From: Intoshia linei
Taxonomy: Eukaryota; Animalia; Orthonectida
NCBI GenBank assembly: GCA_001642005.1
Contig: LWCA01000312.1
Location: 1 to 32,716, forward strand
Length of the DNA stretch: 32,716 bases
Direction: 5' to 3'
Under the pieces are notes generated by a model, which worked only from the letters and a program-made list of their open reading frames with translations, ran no database searches and was not told the DNA's origin. A program made the translations under genes and the position numbers. How positions within the stretch are numbered: position 1 is the first letter of the stretch; every line of letters starts with the position of its first letter. Shown piece after piece: positions 21,801-32,716 of the stretch.

Positions 21801-24800
21801 TTTTTATCAAACGTAAATTCTTTGTTTTGATTGCTAACAACTAAAAATTAAAATATTTCATGATTAATACAAATATTCGTTTTTAATTTATTAAAATTTT
21901 GTATCCAGTTCATTTTGATGGAGACATCATTAAATTCAATGCAAATATGAACAAAGATATTGTACCTAAATTGTAGTTATACATAAATAGTAAATATAAA
22001 AATAAGAATCAATGCATAGTTCCAGATTATATAAAATTTTACGATACACAATATGCAATGTATATTGTAATTATAGTATGTATTAGGGAGTTAACTTTTT
22101 TATAAGAACAAAAATACAGGATTATACAGAATGAGAAAAGAAATTCTAAGAACGGTGGTACCATTCATTAAGCCTATATTTTGAAAAACATCGGCTTGCT
22201 CAAAGGAAATAGTTTTCATAAATAAGATTTATAACATTGTGGTAACACAAGGTATATATATTGTATATTATACATATCATTCATGTGTGTACATTGTAGA
22301 TTCTTCATTGTAGAATAGGGTTATTCCAATTTTAAAGTTATCTTCAAAACGTTTAAAAATTAAATGAAAAAAATTTCCCTAAAAAAGTCCTATCAAATTT
22401 TGATCCCAAAATTATCTTCAAAACTTTTAAAAATTAGATAAAAAAATCAATAATATGATTAATTAGCAAAGTCTATGATTATGTCGCTTTAAGATATATC
22501 GCTTAACTGAATGTTCTCTAAGTTTTTTATTTTGAATGCAAATTTGCAATCGTTTTATTTTATAGATAAAATTTTGAAGGCAAATTTTCATTCAGTTTAA
22601 CTGAATAATTAATATGTAGTAATTAACAAATTAACAGTTTTATTCTCCATCGAAATTATCTACAAAATTAATACAATTTATAACTTCCGTGCTCATATTA
22701 CATCTTTTCCGTAAAAATCAATAATACTTTATTATTAATAATATTAATAATAATAGTGTTACATTATACCAGATTTCGATTAGGTTTGAATAATAATAGG
22801 CTTATTTTCCTAGAAAATAATTCAAATTACATTTTGGCTGCTAATATGACGCAGGCCTTCCATTTTTTTTCACTTTGCATACTGACCACATATAGTTCAT
22901 GTATACCGTCAACAATTATCTAAATAAGTTTAATATGTATGATGGAGCTCTGCCTAGGATAGTATTAGGTGTCGTGTACTAAAAAATCAATCTTTTAACC
23001 AAATCTACCGTGCAATGAGAATCCCAACAACCTTAAAACAATTGTAAACATGATAATTAGCTATATGTGTTAAAATGTATATAATCGGGATAAAATACAA
23101 TAACACTAATACATATTACCACCATATTACAAGGCGTATAGTTTTAAATGAATCATCAAACAAATTCGGATTCTTATGATCCACAGTATGAAATTTTAAA
23201 ATCAAGTCGACAATTTTAGAAATTCGTGTTCAAACCCTGTGCAGAACTAAATTAATAATATGTAGTACTTACTTCTCTCTCAGTGTCACCTAAATTTTTA
23301 GCTAAATTTATTATTTTCTTGAGAGTAGATGATTTTTCATTGAAAAAATTATGTTTTGCATCGACATACTCTATACATCTAAATTTAATAATTGATAAGC
23401 TTACCGTTAACAATAATCATATCTTCAATTTTAGAATAAAGATAAATTTTTTGTTTATTTAGAAATAATTTACAAGTACCACTCTCCGTTTGTCTAAATA
23501 AAAAATTGAAAATTAGAAATATATGTACATTCAAATTACATTGAAACCATTTTATTAGTATTATTATATTTGAAGGTATCTTCGTACGAAAAAATCAGAG
23601 AATCTTCAAATAGCCAAATATTAACGTTAATGTTATCTAAACTCTAAAAAAATAAGAATTTAAAATATTAAATTGTAAAACCGACACAACACCCAAAGAG
23701 TGCATTATTATTCTGTGTTCACTTCGAATGAAGGGAACACTTAAAAATGGTTTTAATTGATTGGAACTATAAGTGCATGGTAATTCAGAATTGATGTGAT
23801 CTCTAGCTGGCTTCACTTTTGGAGATAAGTACATTTTACGTTTCATGTCTACACTACATAAGTTTAAACTTTCTAATTGATTATATGGTATGATGTCAGA
23901 ATTTTGTCTCCACATTGAAGAAGAGCTCTGGTGGTCAGCCTTTTTATCTATTTCGTGTGCCAAATTCTGAACACATTTTAAAGCTGCATCATAATTAGTG
24001 TACTCCAGACTTATTCTATTGATATATTTCAATATTCTCTTTTAAACAGTATTAGTTATAAAATGAAAAATAATACCTCAATCAGCAAGACGTATCTTGG
24101 AATGCGCTGGACGGGTTCAAACAGAATAGCATTAAGTGGCATAATTGTTTTAATAGACTAATTTTATCGAAAATATAATTAAATTGTACCTCAACGAATT
24201 TTTTAAAGGATATTTTTTCATAACAGTTTTCTAATACATATTTGGATTGAGTTATATTTCCTACAAATTCGACATAACATTCAATAATACTTTCCTTAGA
24301 AAACTATTTTATATAATAAATTATATTTACATATACGTGTAAGTGTTAAACTTTTACGTTTGATCACTAAAAACATAAATATTCCAATATTTTAATATAT
24401 ATTTTATTATATGTATAAAATAACCGTGTGACATATCAGTTTAGATATTTGAATTACAAAATCACTCGTGTCACTCAATTCGTTTAAAAAAGATAAAAAT
24501 ATGGCATGATGAACGTAAAGTTCGTTTATTTTATAAAATATATTCTCCAAAACATTAACAGACAGAATTTTTCTTTTTTTTAAGGGCGTCATATAATCCT
24601 AAATCCTTGTTATACAATTAATTATATGTATTTACGTCGTTCAAGGATTTAAGGGAGTTGACATAATTGTTTTCTGTGTCTATAAGTTCACGAAGAATAT
24701 AATTCACTTTTACATTTATGTTGTTTTTTTTATATAGATGATCTTGAATTACTGGGACATTTCTTTCGTCAATAAACGATAATTTGTCTTCTTCTGTAAT

Positions 24801-25399
24801 AGGTTCGGCATGTTTATATTCCTTTTTCTGGGGACCAAATTTAAAACATTTACTGATTTCTGGGTAAGTCATTCGTCTGGTAAGCTCTTTATTAATTGAT
24901 TTAATAGGTTCCATTTTAAAATAATTAGGCTTTACAATGGCATTCTCTAATTTATAAACGGAATTATTGAAATTTCCGGTTTGACTGAAAATGACTGGAG
25001 ATTCTTGTCTACTTTGTAGAAATATTCCTTCATCTGTATAATTCCTTACACGTCTCATCGAACTATTCAAAGTAAACATTGTCTCATTTCGTTCAATTTC
25101 CACTGTAACATACCTTTTAAAATTAAATTTTGCAGTACTTCGTCGGTTTATTACGGAGTGAGATCTATTGTTAACTATGCACCTAAACAATAAAACAACA
25201 AGATTATAATTATAATCTACTTGGTTTGATTGGCCGAAACAGTTTGAGATTTTGGTTTTCTTTTGATAAAGTATTTTCTATAAAATTGAGTATTCTCACA
25301 TTTTGATTTTAAATTTTTATGTTTTGTTTTAACTTGTTCCACAATTTCATTTTTTCCAATTATGGGTAAAACGGGTCTCGAATTATCATCTTTATCCAT
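18860..25399 (-). CDS. ARHGEF17: Dbl-family RhoGEF, ARHGEF17-like (DH-PH plus C-terminal beta-propeller); multi-exon, middle exons only roughly resolved
   Basis: DH: ILRELIDTENNYVNSLKSL..IFYKINELYVHHAIFL..T|FSKESIIECY..LFEPVQRIPRYVLLIE. C-terminus LQITTFNIQNSSLIIGTSAGLIL..ISIGKGYHNY..EISQADNTNNIILY matches ARHGEF17 LRITALL..LWVGTSAGVVL..GGDGYEDF..VGRDDSTNHLLLW. ORFs 20307-20624, 21418-21723, 23637-24032, 24407-24592, 24618-25190 and 25217-25399 contain its exons. Confidence 0.82.
19975..20025. repeat. Dispersed MITE-derived motif with copies at about 30716-30750 (-) and 32190-32240 (+)
   Basis: hAT-like start CAGCGGTTACCAAA followed by AAAATTTTTCTAACAT..TATTAATTTAGAATA; the same core occurs inverted at about 30716-30750 and (AAAAATTTTTCTAACATCAC, after GGCGGGCCGCA) at about 32223-32240. 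Confidence 0.55.
20983..21136. mobile_element. Degraded small hAT MITE in a RhoGEF intron
   Basis: Right end GCGACCGGCCACGGATTTGAGTTTGACATGACTG resembles GCGGCCCGCGGGCC..GAGTTTGACATGCCTG termini; left end weak; no TSD. Confidence 0.45.
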
Positions 25400-25555
25400 T
25401 TAATTTATTAAATTATCTCAATTAAATCAATATTAAATTTCAATATTCTGTAAACAAATGACCAAACAATTGCTTTAAAGTGTAATTGTATATGCAAAAT
25501 AGATACTATTTATAATTTATTATATAAGAAATATATTTACAGATTAAGTATATCA

Positions 25556-28468
25556 TTATTTCAAGGCAAAGTTGTTAAGTATATTTCGAGCCATATCAAT
25601 ATCATTTTTTGTAATGGCTAAGGTACGGTCTACATGATATTTTTTGAATCCTTCTTTAACTAATATGCTACATTCGTCTGTCGTTTTATTTTCCAATTTT
25701 GTAGAAGTTTGCTCACAAATCAGAATAGATTTATCTGCGTTTAAAACATTTTCACTCGCTTGTTGATCTTAAAAGTATAATTAATACATATTAGATAAAA
25801 TATTTAAAGATTAAATGGAATTACACATAAAGTACGTTTGTGGGACTTAAAATTTCAATGGTCGATAAATAGATAAATTTTATTAGGTGTCTTATTTAAA
25901 GAATTTAATCATAGCCGTTGATATTATTTTGCATCAATATAGTATTTATAAATAAACAATGATATTTTTTAAATAAAAATAAAGTGTATAGTGCGGCGGA
26001 ATTCCTGAAAAGGGTTGACCACAGCGGATTTAAAATTTTTAATTATTTATATCAGGGTGATCCAAACATATGACGAGTGAGGACCAAAAAATACATTTTA
26101 CAAATTTTGCGGGCCGCAACATTAAAAAAATTTTACACAATTATTTCATCATTCCTTCCCTCTCAACTTTTTTTCTCTCATTCCAATTTAAAAGAACTTT
26201 TCTCCCTTGCACTGTTTATTTACATATCACAAACGTTTATTAAAGTTTTTATTGTTTACCTGTTTTACAAAATATATTACTAAACAATTTGATTACTTAA
26301 TATAATCACACAATTTGATCTGGCAGACCACGCTTTGGGCCCCTAATTTATATATAAAATTGTAGGGTATAGGAAAATAAGAATTCAATTTTTCCATCCC
26401 TTGTACAAATGCTTAGAAACACTTATTATTATCAATTGTACTTTTCAGAAAAATTAAATTTTAACCCACAGAATTGTCCAAATGTGATGTTAATATTATA
26501 CATGCTTTACCTGAAAATATGTTCATTTCCGTTAAATTAGATAGATTTAAATCTTTGTTTGAAAAATCTTTGAAATTTATTTGATCGTTAAAAATAATTA
26601 AATCTTCTTCTATGTTCATTTTTTCCTTTTCTTGAAAAGTAGAAGATTGTGGATTGTCTGTGGTTTCGTCTAACTTAATGAAAATTATATAAAAGTAGTC
26701 TACCTTGGTCTATATTTACGCATTTAGACTTGCATAAGTCATTAATGTGATGAAAAGGGTCGATTGCAACAGATGAAATGTCTTTTATGGTTGATCTACA
26801 GAATGGACACGTTTTTTTTGACCGCTGCGCCTAAATAAATAATTTAAAATCTATATATATAATACGTTTGTCCATGATTCGAAACATTCAGAACACATAT
26901 AGTGGCCGCATGGCTCGACAACGAGATCTTTATTATTGTTAGCACAAATTTTGCATAACTCATATGTTGTACCAATCGTGCAATATGTTTCAAATTGTTC
27001 TTCAGTGATGGCAACCTTTATTTTTGATTCAGTATTCAAAAATGGTGTCAAGTCTGGATTGTAGTCTTTGCCATCCGGATAGATATACATATTTTCTTGT
27101 TGACCTTCATGTAATGCTTGAAAAAGGCTCTTATTTTGAGCTATTGTCTGCAGAATGAGACCAGAATTAGTAACGTAACCAATTGCCCATTGACCCAAGC
27201 GAGTGCAGCTTAGACGAAAAGCGTAAGAACCTTTTTTATTAATGAATTCGGAGAGTCTCATTTTTTGCTCGTCGTATGTTAAAAAAGCATAATAACCTGG
27301 ATGGGTAATAGCCAAAAATTTCCAGTTTTGTAAAATTGTTTTCCATGGTTGAAACAAACGAGTAAACACGTCAAATTCAAATATAGATATATGGTCATTA
27401 CATGTTAAGTTTATTGTTGTTTTTAGCGCTATTGCTTCTATAGAAGAACATATTTTATGTTCTTTGCTAAACGCTAATTTGAAAGTTTTCCATTGTATAA
27501 TTGACCTAAAAATATACATAATACATCCACTAAAACCTCCATTTCTCAAAAAGTGGGTGACCGATTGAGGTAAATTATATCCATCGTTTGACGGTTTATG
27601 AAGCACTAGATTTAAAAAAGTAGTATAAAAGCTGTTAGCAAGTAAATGAATTTTTATTAACTTTACGGAATGTCTTTCCAAAAAAAATGAAATATTTAGG
27701 AAATAGTCAAGTTGGAGATTTCATCTCCAGCGTATTTCAATGGTTCAAATTGAAGAAAGAGGTTATCAAAAAAAGAAAGGTACTTTCAGTTGTTGGTGAA
27801 TTATCATTGATCTCAATATTCTCATAGCAGTTATTATTTTTTTCATGCAAATATAATTCTTAAATTTCATAAAGATTCATCGCAGTATTGGTTGATTTGA
27901 ATGATACACTGAAAATCGGAAAAAACGTTTTTATCAATGGGCTATTTTCGATTAAAAAAAATAAAATTTACCTATCATCTCCTATAACTGTAGACCACCA
28001 TGTAGCAGCGTCTGTTTTTGTGATTTTGAAATTATTTTTTATATAAATGCCACTAGGAAATATAGCTTTCAATTCTAGCAGCATATGAGAATGAACAAGC
28101 GAGATTTTGTTCATACTACGTCTTAAAAGTAAAAACTTTTCGCTATCGATAGATTTGCAACTAATCTTGGAAAGACATTTTAACAATTTTATCGTTTGGT
28201 GGCATTTTGATCGCAAATTATTTATGTACAATGAAAAATAATTATTGTTTAATAAAACTTGAAAGTTGTTTTCGTAATTTTTGGCAATATTTCTGAGGTG
28301 TTGATAGGTATCAGGTAATATATCCAGTATAAATGGTGGACTATTCTGTAAATTTATTCCGGGCTTTTGAGATAGTTTTACCACCTTATCCATCAAACGC
28401 CAAGTTTGTTCCATGTATTGATAAAGCGGATTGATAGAAAATATAGACTCATTTTTAGATTTGTTCAT
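25556..28468 (-). CDS. CBL: Cbl-family E3 ubiquitin ligase (TKB-linker-RING-UBA), 5 exons
   Basis: [37 protein letters not shown]; [29 protein letters not shown]; [18 protein letters not shown]; [32 protein letters not shown]|..CPFCR; last exon [33 protein letters not shown] (UBA), stop at 25556-25558. Confidence 0.96.
26053..26345. mobile_element. hAT MITE (293 bp) in the last Cbl intron
   Basis: 8-bp TSD ATTTATAT at 26045-26052 and 26346-26353; TIRs CAGGGTGATCCAAA / TTTGGGCCCCTA; internal GCGGGCCGCA motif. Confidence 0.82.
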
Positions 28469-28621
28469 TTTTTGCTCGCTTGATATAAATTAAAGCAATA
28501 TAAATTTTGTAGTTATAGAAAACTCAAAATTAGATTCACATTGAGTAATAAATTACAAATATGTACTCTAATTTTAGACAATTTCAAAAAGTTATAATAA
28601 TCAAATGTTTTAATTTACAAA

Positions 28622-31600
28622 TTAATCTTCATAATGAACTGTGAACAATTTTTGCAACATTTTAGTGATTGTATCTACAAAAGCATTGATAAATAATAAT
28701 ATAAATTGATACCATATGAAGAATTAGCTCGTTTAATTTGTTTAATGAAAATGTAATATACACCAAATCCACTCACTATTATTAATCCTGATATAATGTT
28801 TATAAACGGTTTATTGATAATTGGAAGGAGAATCATAAAAAATACTATGAATATAAAAAAGATATGTATGCTTATTGGTATCTAAACATTTTTACAAAAA
28901 AGAAAATTACTAAAACCTTTAAAATACTGACTTTTTTCCTTTTTCTGTATACAATTAAGGCTGCAATCGAAATTCCCACAGATATCCAAAACGAAAAGCA
29001 AAACATAGTAATCATACTTGAAAGGTTTCCAAATAATACCATAATAATCGAAATTATCCACTAGATAATAATTAAAGACGTAATTATTCTCGTATACCAA
29101 AAATAAATTGGATATTATGGGAGTATGACGCTTCATATGTTTCATGGCAAGCATTTTAGGTAAATATCCGCATTTAGCACCTTCTATAAATAATCTAAAA
29201 AAATAATCTTAAATAATAACATTTATCTAAATTTATCTTATTTAAAAATCGCACATCAAAACAGATATTTAAAATGTGACCCTCCTAATTAGTGATTGCA
29301 TTTACTTGAGAAATTCGAAAATAAATTTCAAGAAAAAATTAACTCATACAAGTAATAATAATTAATTTATGTATTGTTAGTAATACAATAAAAATTTTTA
29401 ATTATAGAAAAACTAAAAGTACTTAACAATTCCAAAATTGTTAATATTTTTGAAATAATGAAATATTACAATCTGGTATTAATTGGTTGTTAACTTTACA
29501 ATCTCAAATATAACATTCAAAGTAGGAAAAAAATGCGATTTATTTAACATTTTGTATCATCACAACTTCCATATATCTATATATAGGAATAAATTCAAGA
29601 TTAATGTCATATTTGAAACTATACAAGTGTACGTTCCAATATTTTTTATTTTTAAAACTGGTTCACTCATAAAATTATATTTTCCACCATTAAATTTTAT
29701 CGTAGAAATCTTTTCAATTATTTGTCTTCTAATTTTTTCAAAGTAACTATTTACAAGATTAGTGACACAATTTTGAGATATGGGCAAGCTTATTGGTGTT
29801 AAATTTTTTCGAATAAAATTTTACCGGGTAACTTGGATTAAATGGACTTTTCTTATCTGGTTTGGTAAAATCTGATTTTTTAAAAAAATATTATAAAAAG
29901 GAGATTTCCCCTAAGGGTTTGGAATTGTATTTTTTATTAATTATTATTAAATTTTATTAATGCCATGATAAACTTTTGATTTTTTTAATAATAATGTAGC
30001 GGTCGTATTGGCTTTAGGATATAGATATTCTCTATTTATATAGTCATGTTTGCACATAAGTAGGTCATAATTACTATGACTAATAATAAACATAATGACT
30101 ATATTAAATTCAAATATGACAATATTAAATGCAAACATGACTATATCAAATACAAACATGACTATATAAATAGAGAATATCTATAAAATCCCGACATGTG
30201 GCAACTCTGTAAATAATAATAAGTAATAATAAATAAGGTAGATAATAAATCAATTTTAATAACAATTGAAAGAAAAATATATCTGACTAAAAACTTGGGA
30301 AAATCCCACTTTTATTGAACATTAAAGGGTAATATATCCTAACATAATACATATTAATAATGAATTGATAACATTTAATAAAAATCAGTGTATAATATAC
30401 ACTGTATATAGAAATTATCCTCAAAACAAAATAACTCAAATGAAAAAAATAAAAATTAGCCATTAAAACTCTTAAATGTTAGATCTAAAAAAATATTCGA
30501 TAATTCTCAACGATTACAGTTTTCCCATGATTTTACTCATTATTTATTATGATGTAGATAATTATAATGTATGTAATGTTTACCAAAAATGATTTCAACC
30601 AAATGGCCCAGTATTTAGAATCTTCATGGTGCACGTTTCGGTCTGACTGCCTAATAGTTTATCCATTACAGACTCCAATAATTATATTTTAATCATTGTC
30701 ATTTTACGGTACTTACTATTCTAAATTAATAGGTGATGTTAGAAAAAAATTTCGTATGGTGGATAAAATTACTCCCCAGGGTAACATTAACAGGCAGATA
30801 TTTAATACATTATATTTACATTTTTCAATAATTAATATAAATGACCTGACAGATGTAAAAAAAACACCATTTAATCCTCCAAACGTTGAAAGTGAAATGG
30901 CAAACGGTATAAAGTAAGCAAATGCATAACTCAATGTATAAGCATGGTCCTATGAATAATTGATAAGATATTTATATTTAAATACAATTGCAACTGTAAT
31001 TGAGTTGGATATTTCTTTTATAGAAAGAGTTGTATGGTATGAAATGATAACCAGCAAGTAAATAACAATTACAAGTATAGTCGAAAGTATTATAGATTTC
31101 GGTGCATCCCTCTTTGGGTTTATCATCTCACCAGTTACTAAATTCAAGTAATTCCTAAATAAATACATTTACTAACAATATAACTAACAAGTAAATAACT
31201 GTCAGTACTCTTCTTAATTTCCTAAAATATAAAAGATAGATTCTAAAAGATAAATAGAAAATAAAATTTTTAAAAAAATTAAGTAAAATTTCATATTCTT
31301 TAAATAACCATACATTTTCGAACAAGACTTGATTGTAGATATGTATAAATATTATAATATTGGATTATTCAAATATTTACAGTATTAATACTTGAATTAA
31401 TAACTAAACTAAGTATTGATGAGTTATTTTATATAATTATAAAGTATATACATTTTATGATAAAGTGTTGTTTTGATCAAAAATTTTATAGTTATTTTTA
31501 CCATCATTAAAATAGACGGACTACAATTTATTAAAGATTACACAAAAGTTTGAATAAAAATGACTTCAATTGACGAATTACCAACAATACAATATGAAAA

Positions 31601-32146
31601 AATTGTTCATAAAAAAATATTATCACATTCTATAATTTTCCAATATTTGAGCAACCCCAGTTGTGACAAATTAGAGAAAGCACTGTATAATAAAACATAC
31701 CATCCCGCAAAAGAAAAAATTCCACTATACATAGCGTCCGATATACTTAATATATTATAATTTGAATTGATAAAAGGATTTTTCAGATTGGAAGTACCTA
31801 CTACAGATCATTATTAATAATATACATAACGTATTAAGCTATTACTCGTTGTCATTGCATATATTCCAGATATTATTATCGCTAATAGTGCAGCCACTTT
31901 TGAAAATGTAAAAATATTTTGTAAATTGATGGCATATTTAACACTAATATTATTGACAAACATAATACATGCTAAATAGAAATGTACATTGTAAATGAAT
32001 TAATTACACAAAGCCAATATTGCAGCACATTTTTTGAAACTTTCCGATGATATATAGCAGTCCATAAAGAAAGGTTTTGCAATGTATTCTCCGAATGTAT
32101 ACGAAATGGCCGCCAATGCCACTGGTTTATTAATAGTAATGCTCAT
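28622..32146 (-). CDS. SLC7 light-chain (LAT/y+LAT type) amino-acid transporter, 5'-partial
   Basis: Exons give MSITINKPVALAAISYTFGEYIAKPFF, LQNIFTFSKVAALLAII, AMYSGIFSFAGW|NYLNLVTGEMINPKRDAPKSI, FIPFAISLSTFGGLNGVFFTSVR|LFIEGAKCGYLPKMLAMKHMKRHTP and a final DTITKMLQKLFTVHYED*. N-terminal exons not found in the window. Confidence 0.9.
29290..29836 (-). mobile_element. Truncated second copy of the hAT element at 3839-4791, in an SLC7 intron
   Basis: Starts TAGTGATTGCA and is colinear with 3839-4342 (shared runs such as TTAATATTTTTGAAATAATGAAA and ATTATTTGTCTTCTAATTTTTTCAAAGTAACTATTTACAAGATTA); DEWTS decayed to YE*TS. Confidence 0.88.
30020..30209. mobile_element. hAT-like MITE fragment with a 33-bp inverted repeat and 21-bp tandem units
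   Basis: Perfect inverted repeat 30020-30052 / 30153-30185; ATGAC-started units at 30076, 30095, 30116, 30137, 30158; ends TGGCAACTCTG (rc CAGAGTTGCCA). Confidence 0.7.
31203..31685. mobile_element. Old hAT-like element in an SLC7 intron
   Basis: Imperfect TIRs CAGTACTCTTCTTAATTT / rc CAGTGCTTTCTCTAATTT (13 of 18 matching); no TSD. Confidence 0.35.
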
Positions 32147-32368
32147 CTATTGTTTAGATTAAATATACCTAACGACACTAAGATAGCCATTTCAAACTCA
32201 AATACGTGGCGGGCCGCATCATAAAAATTTTTCTAACATCACTGTTGAAAACCATTATAATATGAATCTAAATCATTGTGTAATACACAATGTGTTTTTG
32301 ATTGATTGATTTTATTGATGTTTGTATTTCGCCAAATGATTATTATTACTGCAATATAGAAATATTAA

Positions 32369-32716
32369 CCCTTACGAGACAATTGCATGTATAGATGCCA
32401 AAAACTACTCATAAATTTATAATGGTTGGTATAGATGCCAAAAACTATACTCATAAATTTACATTGGTTTATATAGATGTCAAAAACTACACTCATAAAT
32501 TTACATTGGTTTGTACACAATTTGTATAATACAAACCATAATAAGGCGGTACCAATTATCGCGTCAGTATTTTTCTTATTGATTTTTCAGTATTGTAAAT
32601 GGTTTCTCTGTATTTTAGTTTAGTTTATCCCAAATCTAAACATTATTTCGGAACAGAGGGAGTATATTTTATTGCTAATTCTTAGCCAAATATTAAAGCC
32701 AAATTTAAGTTGTTCA
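32369..32716. mobile_element. piggyBac-like element end (partner end not in window)
   Basis: TTAA (32365-32368) followed by CCCTTACGAGAC, then subterminal tandem repeats. Confidence 0.45.
32389..32514. repeat. Tandem repeat, 3 units of 40-42 bp
   Basis: ATAGATGCCAAAAACTA(TA)CTCATAAATTTACATTGGTT-type units with ATAGATG at 32391, 32431 and 32473. Confidence 0.9.

Noticed and set aside
22338-22447. Direct repeat of about 36 bp (TTATCTTCAAAAC..) with a 37-bp gap, CRISPR-like spacing
   Set aside because: Only two degenerate copies, in a eukaryotic intron, with no cas genes; likely a transposon subterminal repeat.
27507-27681. N-terminal 58 aa of ORF 26851-27681 as part of Cbl
   Set aside because: It lies in intron 1 (acceptor TTTTTAG|GTCAATT) and includes a hAT-like end; Cbl homology starts at SIIQWKTF.
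30076-30170. 21-bp and 40-42-bp (32389-32514) arrays as CRISPR or repeat-protein genes
   Set aside because: Head-to-tail units without unique spacers, adjacent to transposon termini.
2121-31760. Short ORFs opposite real exons or in introns (e.g. 2121-2330, 6216-6419, 8099-8362, 8770-8955, 18170-18358, 26077-26283, 28864-29064, 30696-30917, 31560-31760)
   Set aside because: Antisense shadows or repeat-derived frames with no recognisable protein signal.

Overview
Very AT-rich, compact animal (eukaryotic) genomic DNA with GT-AG introns mostly about 27-47 nt long, so the ORF track shows only exon fragments. Manual splicing gives seven protein genes: MDH1B-like (+), cyclin E (+, its degron-bearing last exon is the separate 8115-8582 ORF), a 3-exon gene I cannot identify (-), a KIF28/KLP-6 kinesin-3 ending in a CaaX box (+), an ARHGEF17-like RhoGEF (-), a compact Cbl E3 ligase (-) and a 5'-partial SLC7 amino-acid transporter (-). 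Intergenic DNA and most long introns hold DNA-transposon debris: four hAT elements with intact 8-bp TSDs, a decayed CxxH-type DDE transposase interrupted by a Tc1-like end, and Helitron-like and piggyBac-like ends. Tiny introns plus cilia-associated genes suggest a reduced ciliated parasite such as an orthonectid (Intoshia) or dicyemid; this is inference. I found no CRISPR, tRNA or rRNA and no clearly new multi-gene system. Best leads: an operon-like SLC7-Cbl-RhoGEF trio with 153/156-bp gaps, a possibly prenylated kinesin, and a possible degron-less cyclin E splice form. Family assignments are from remembered motifs, not database searches.
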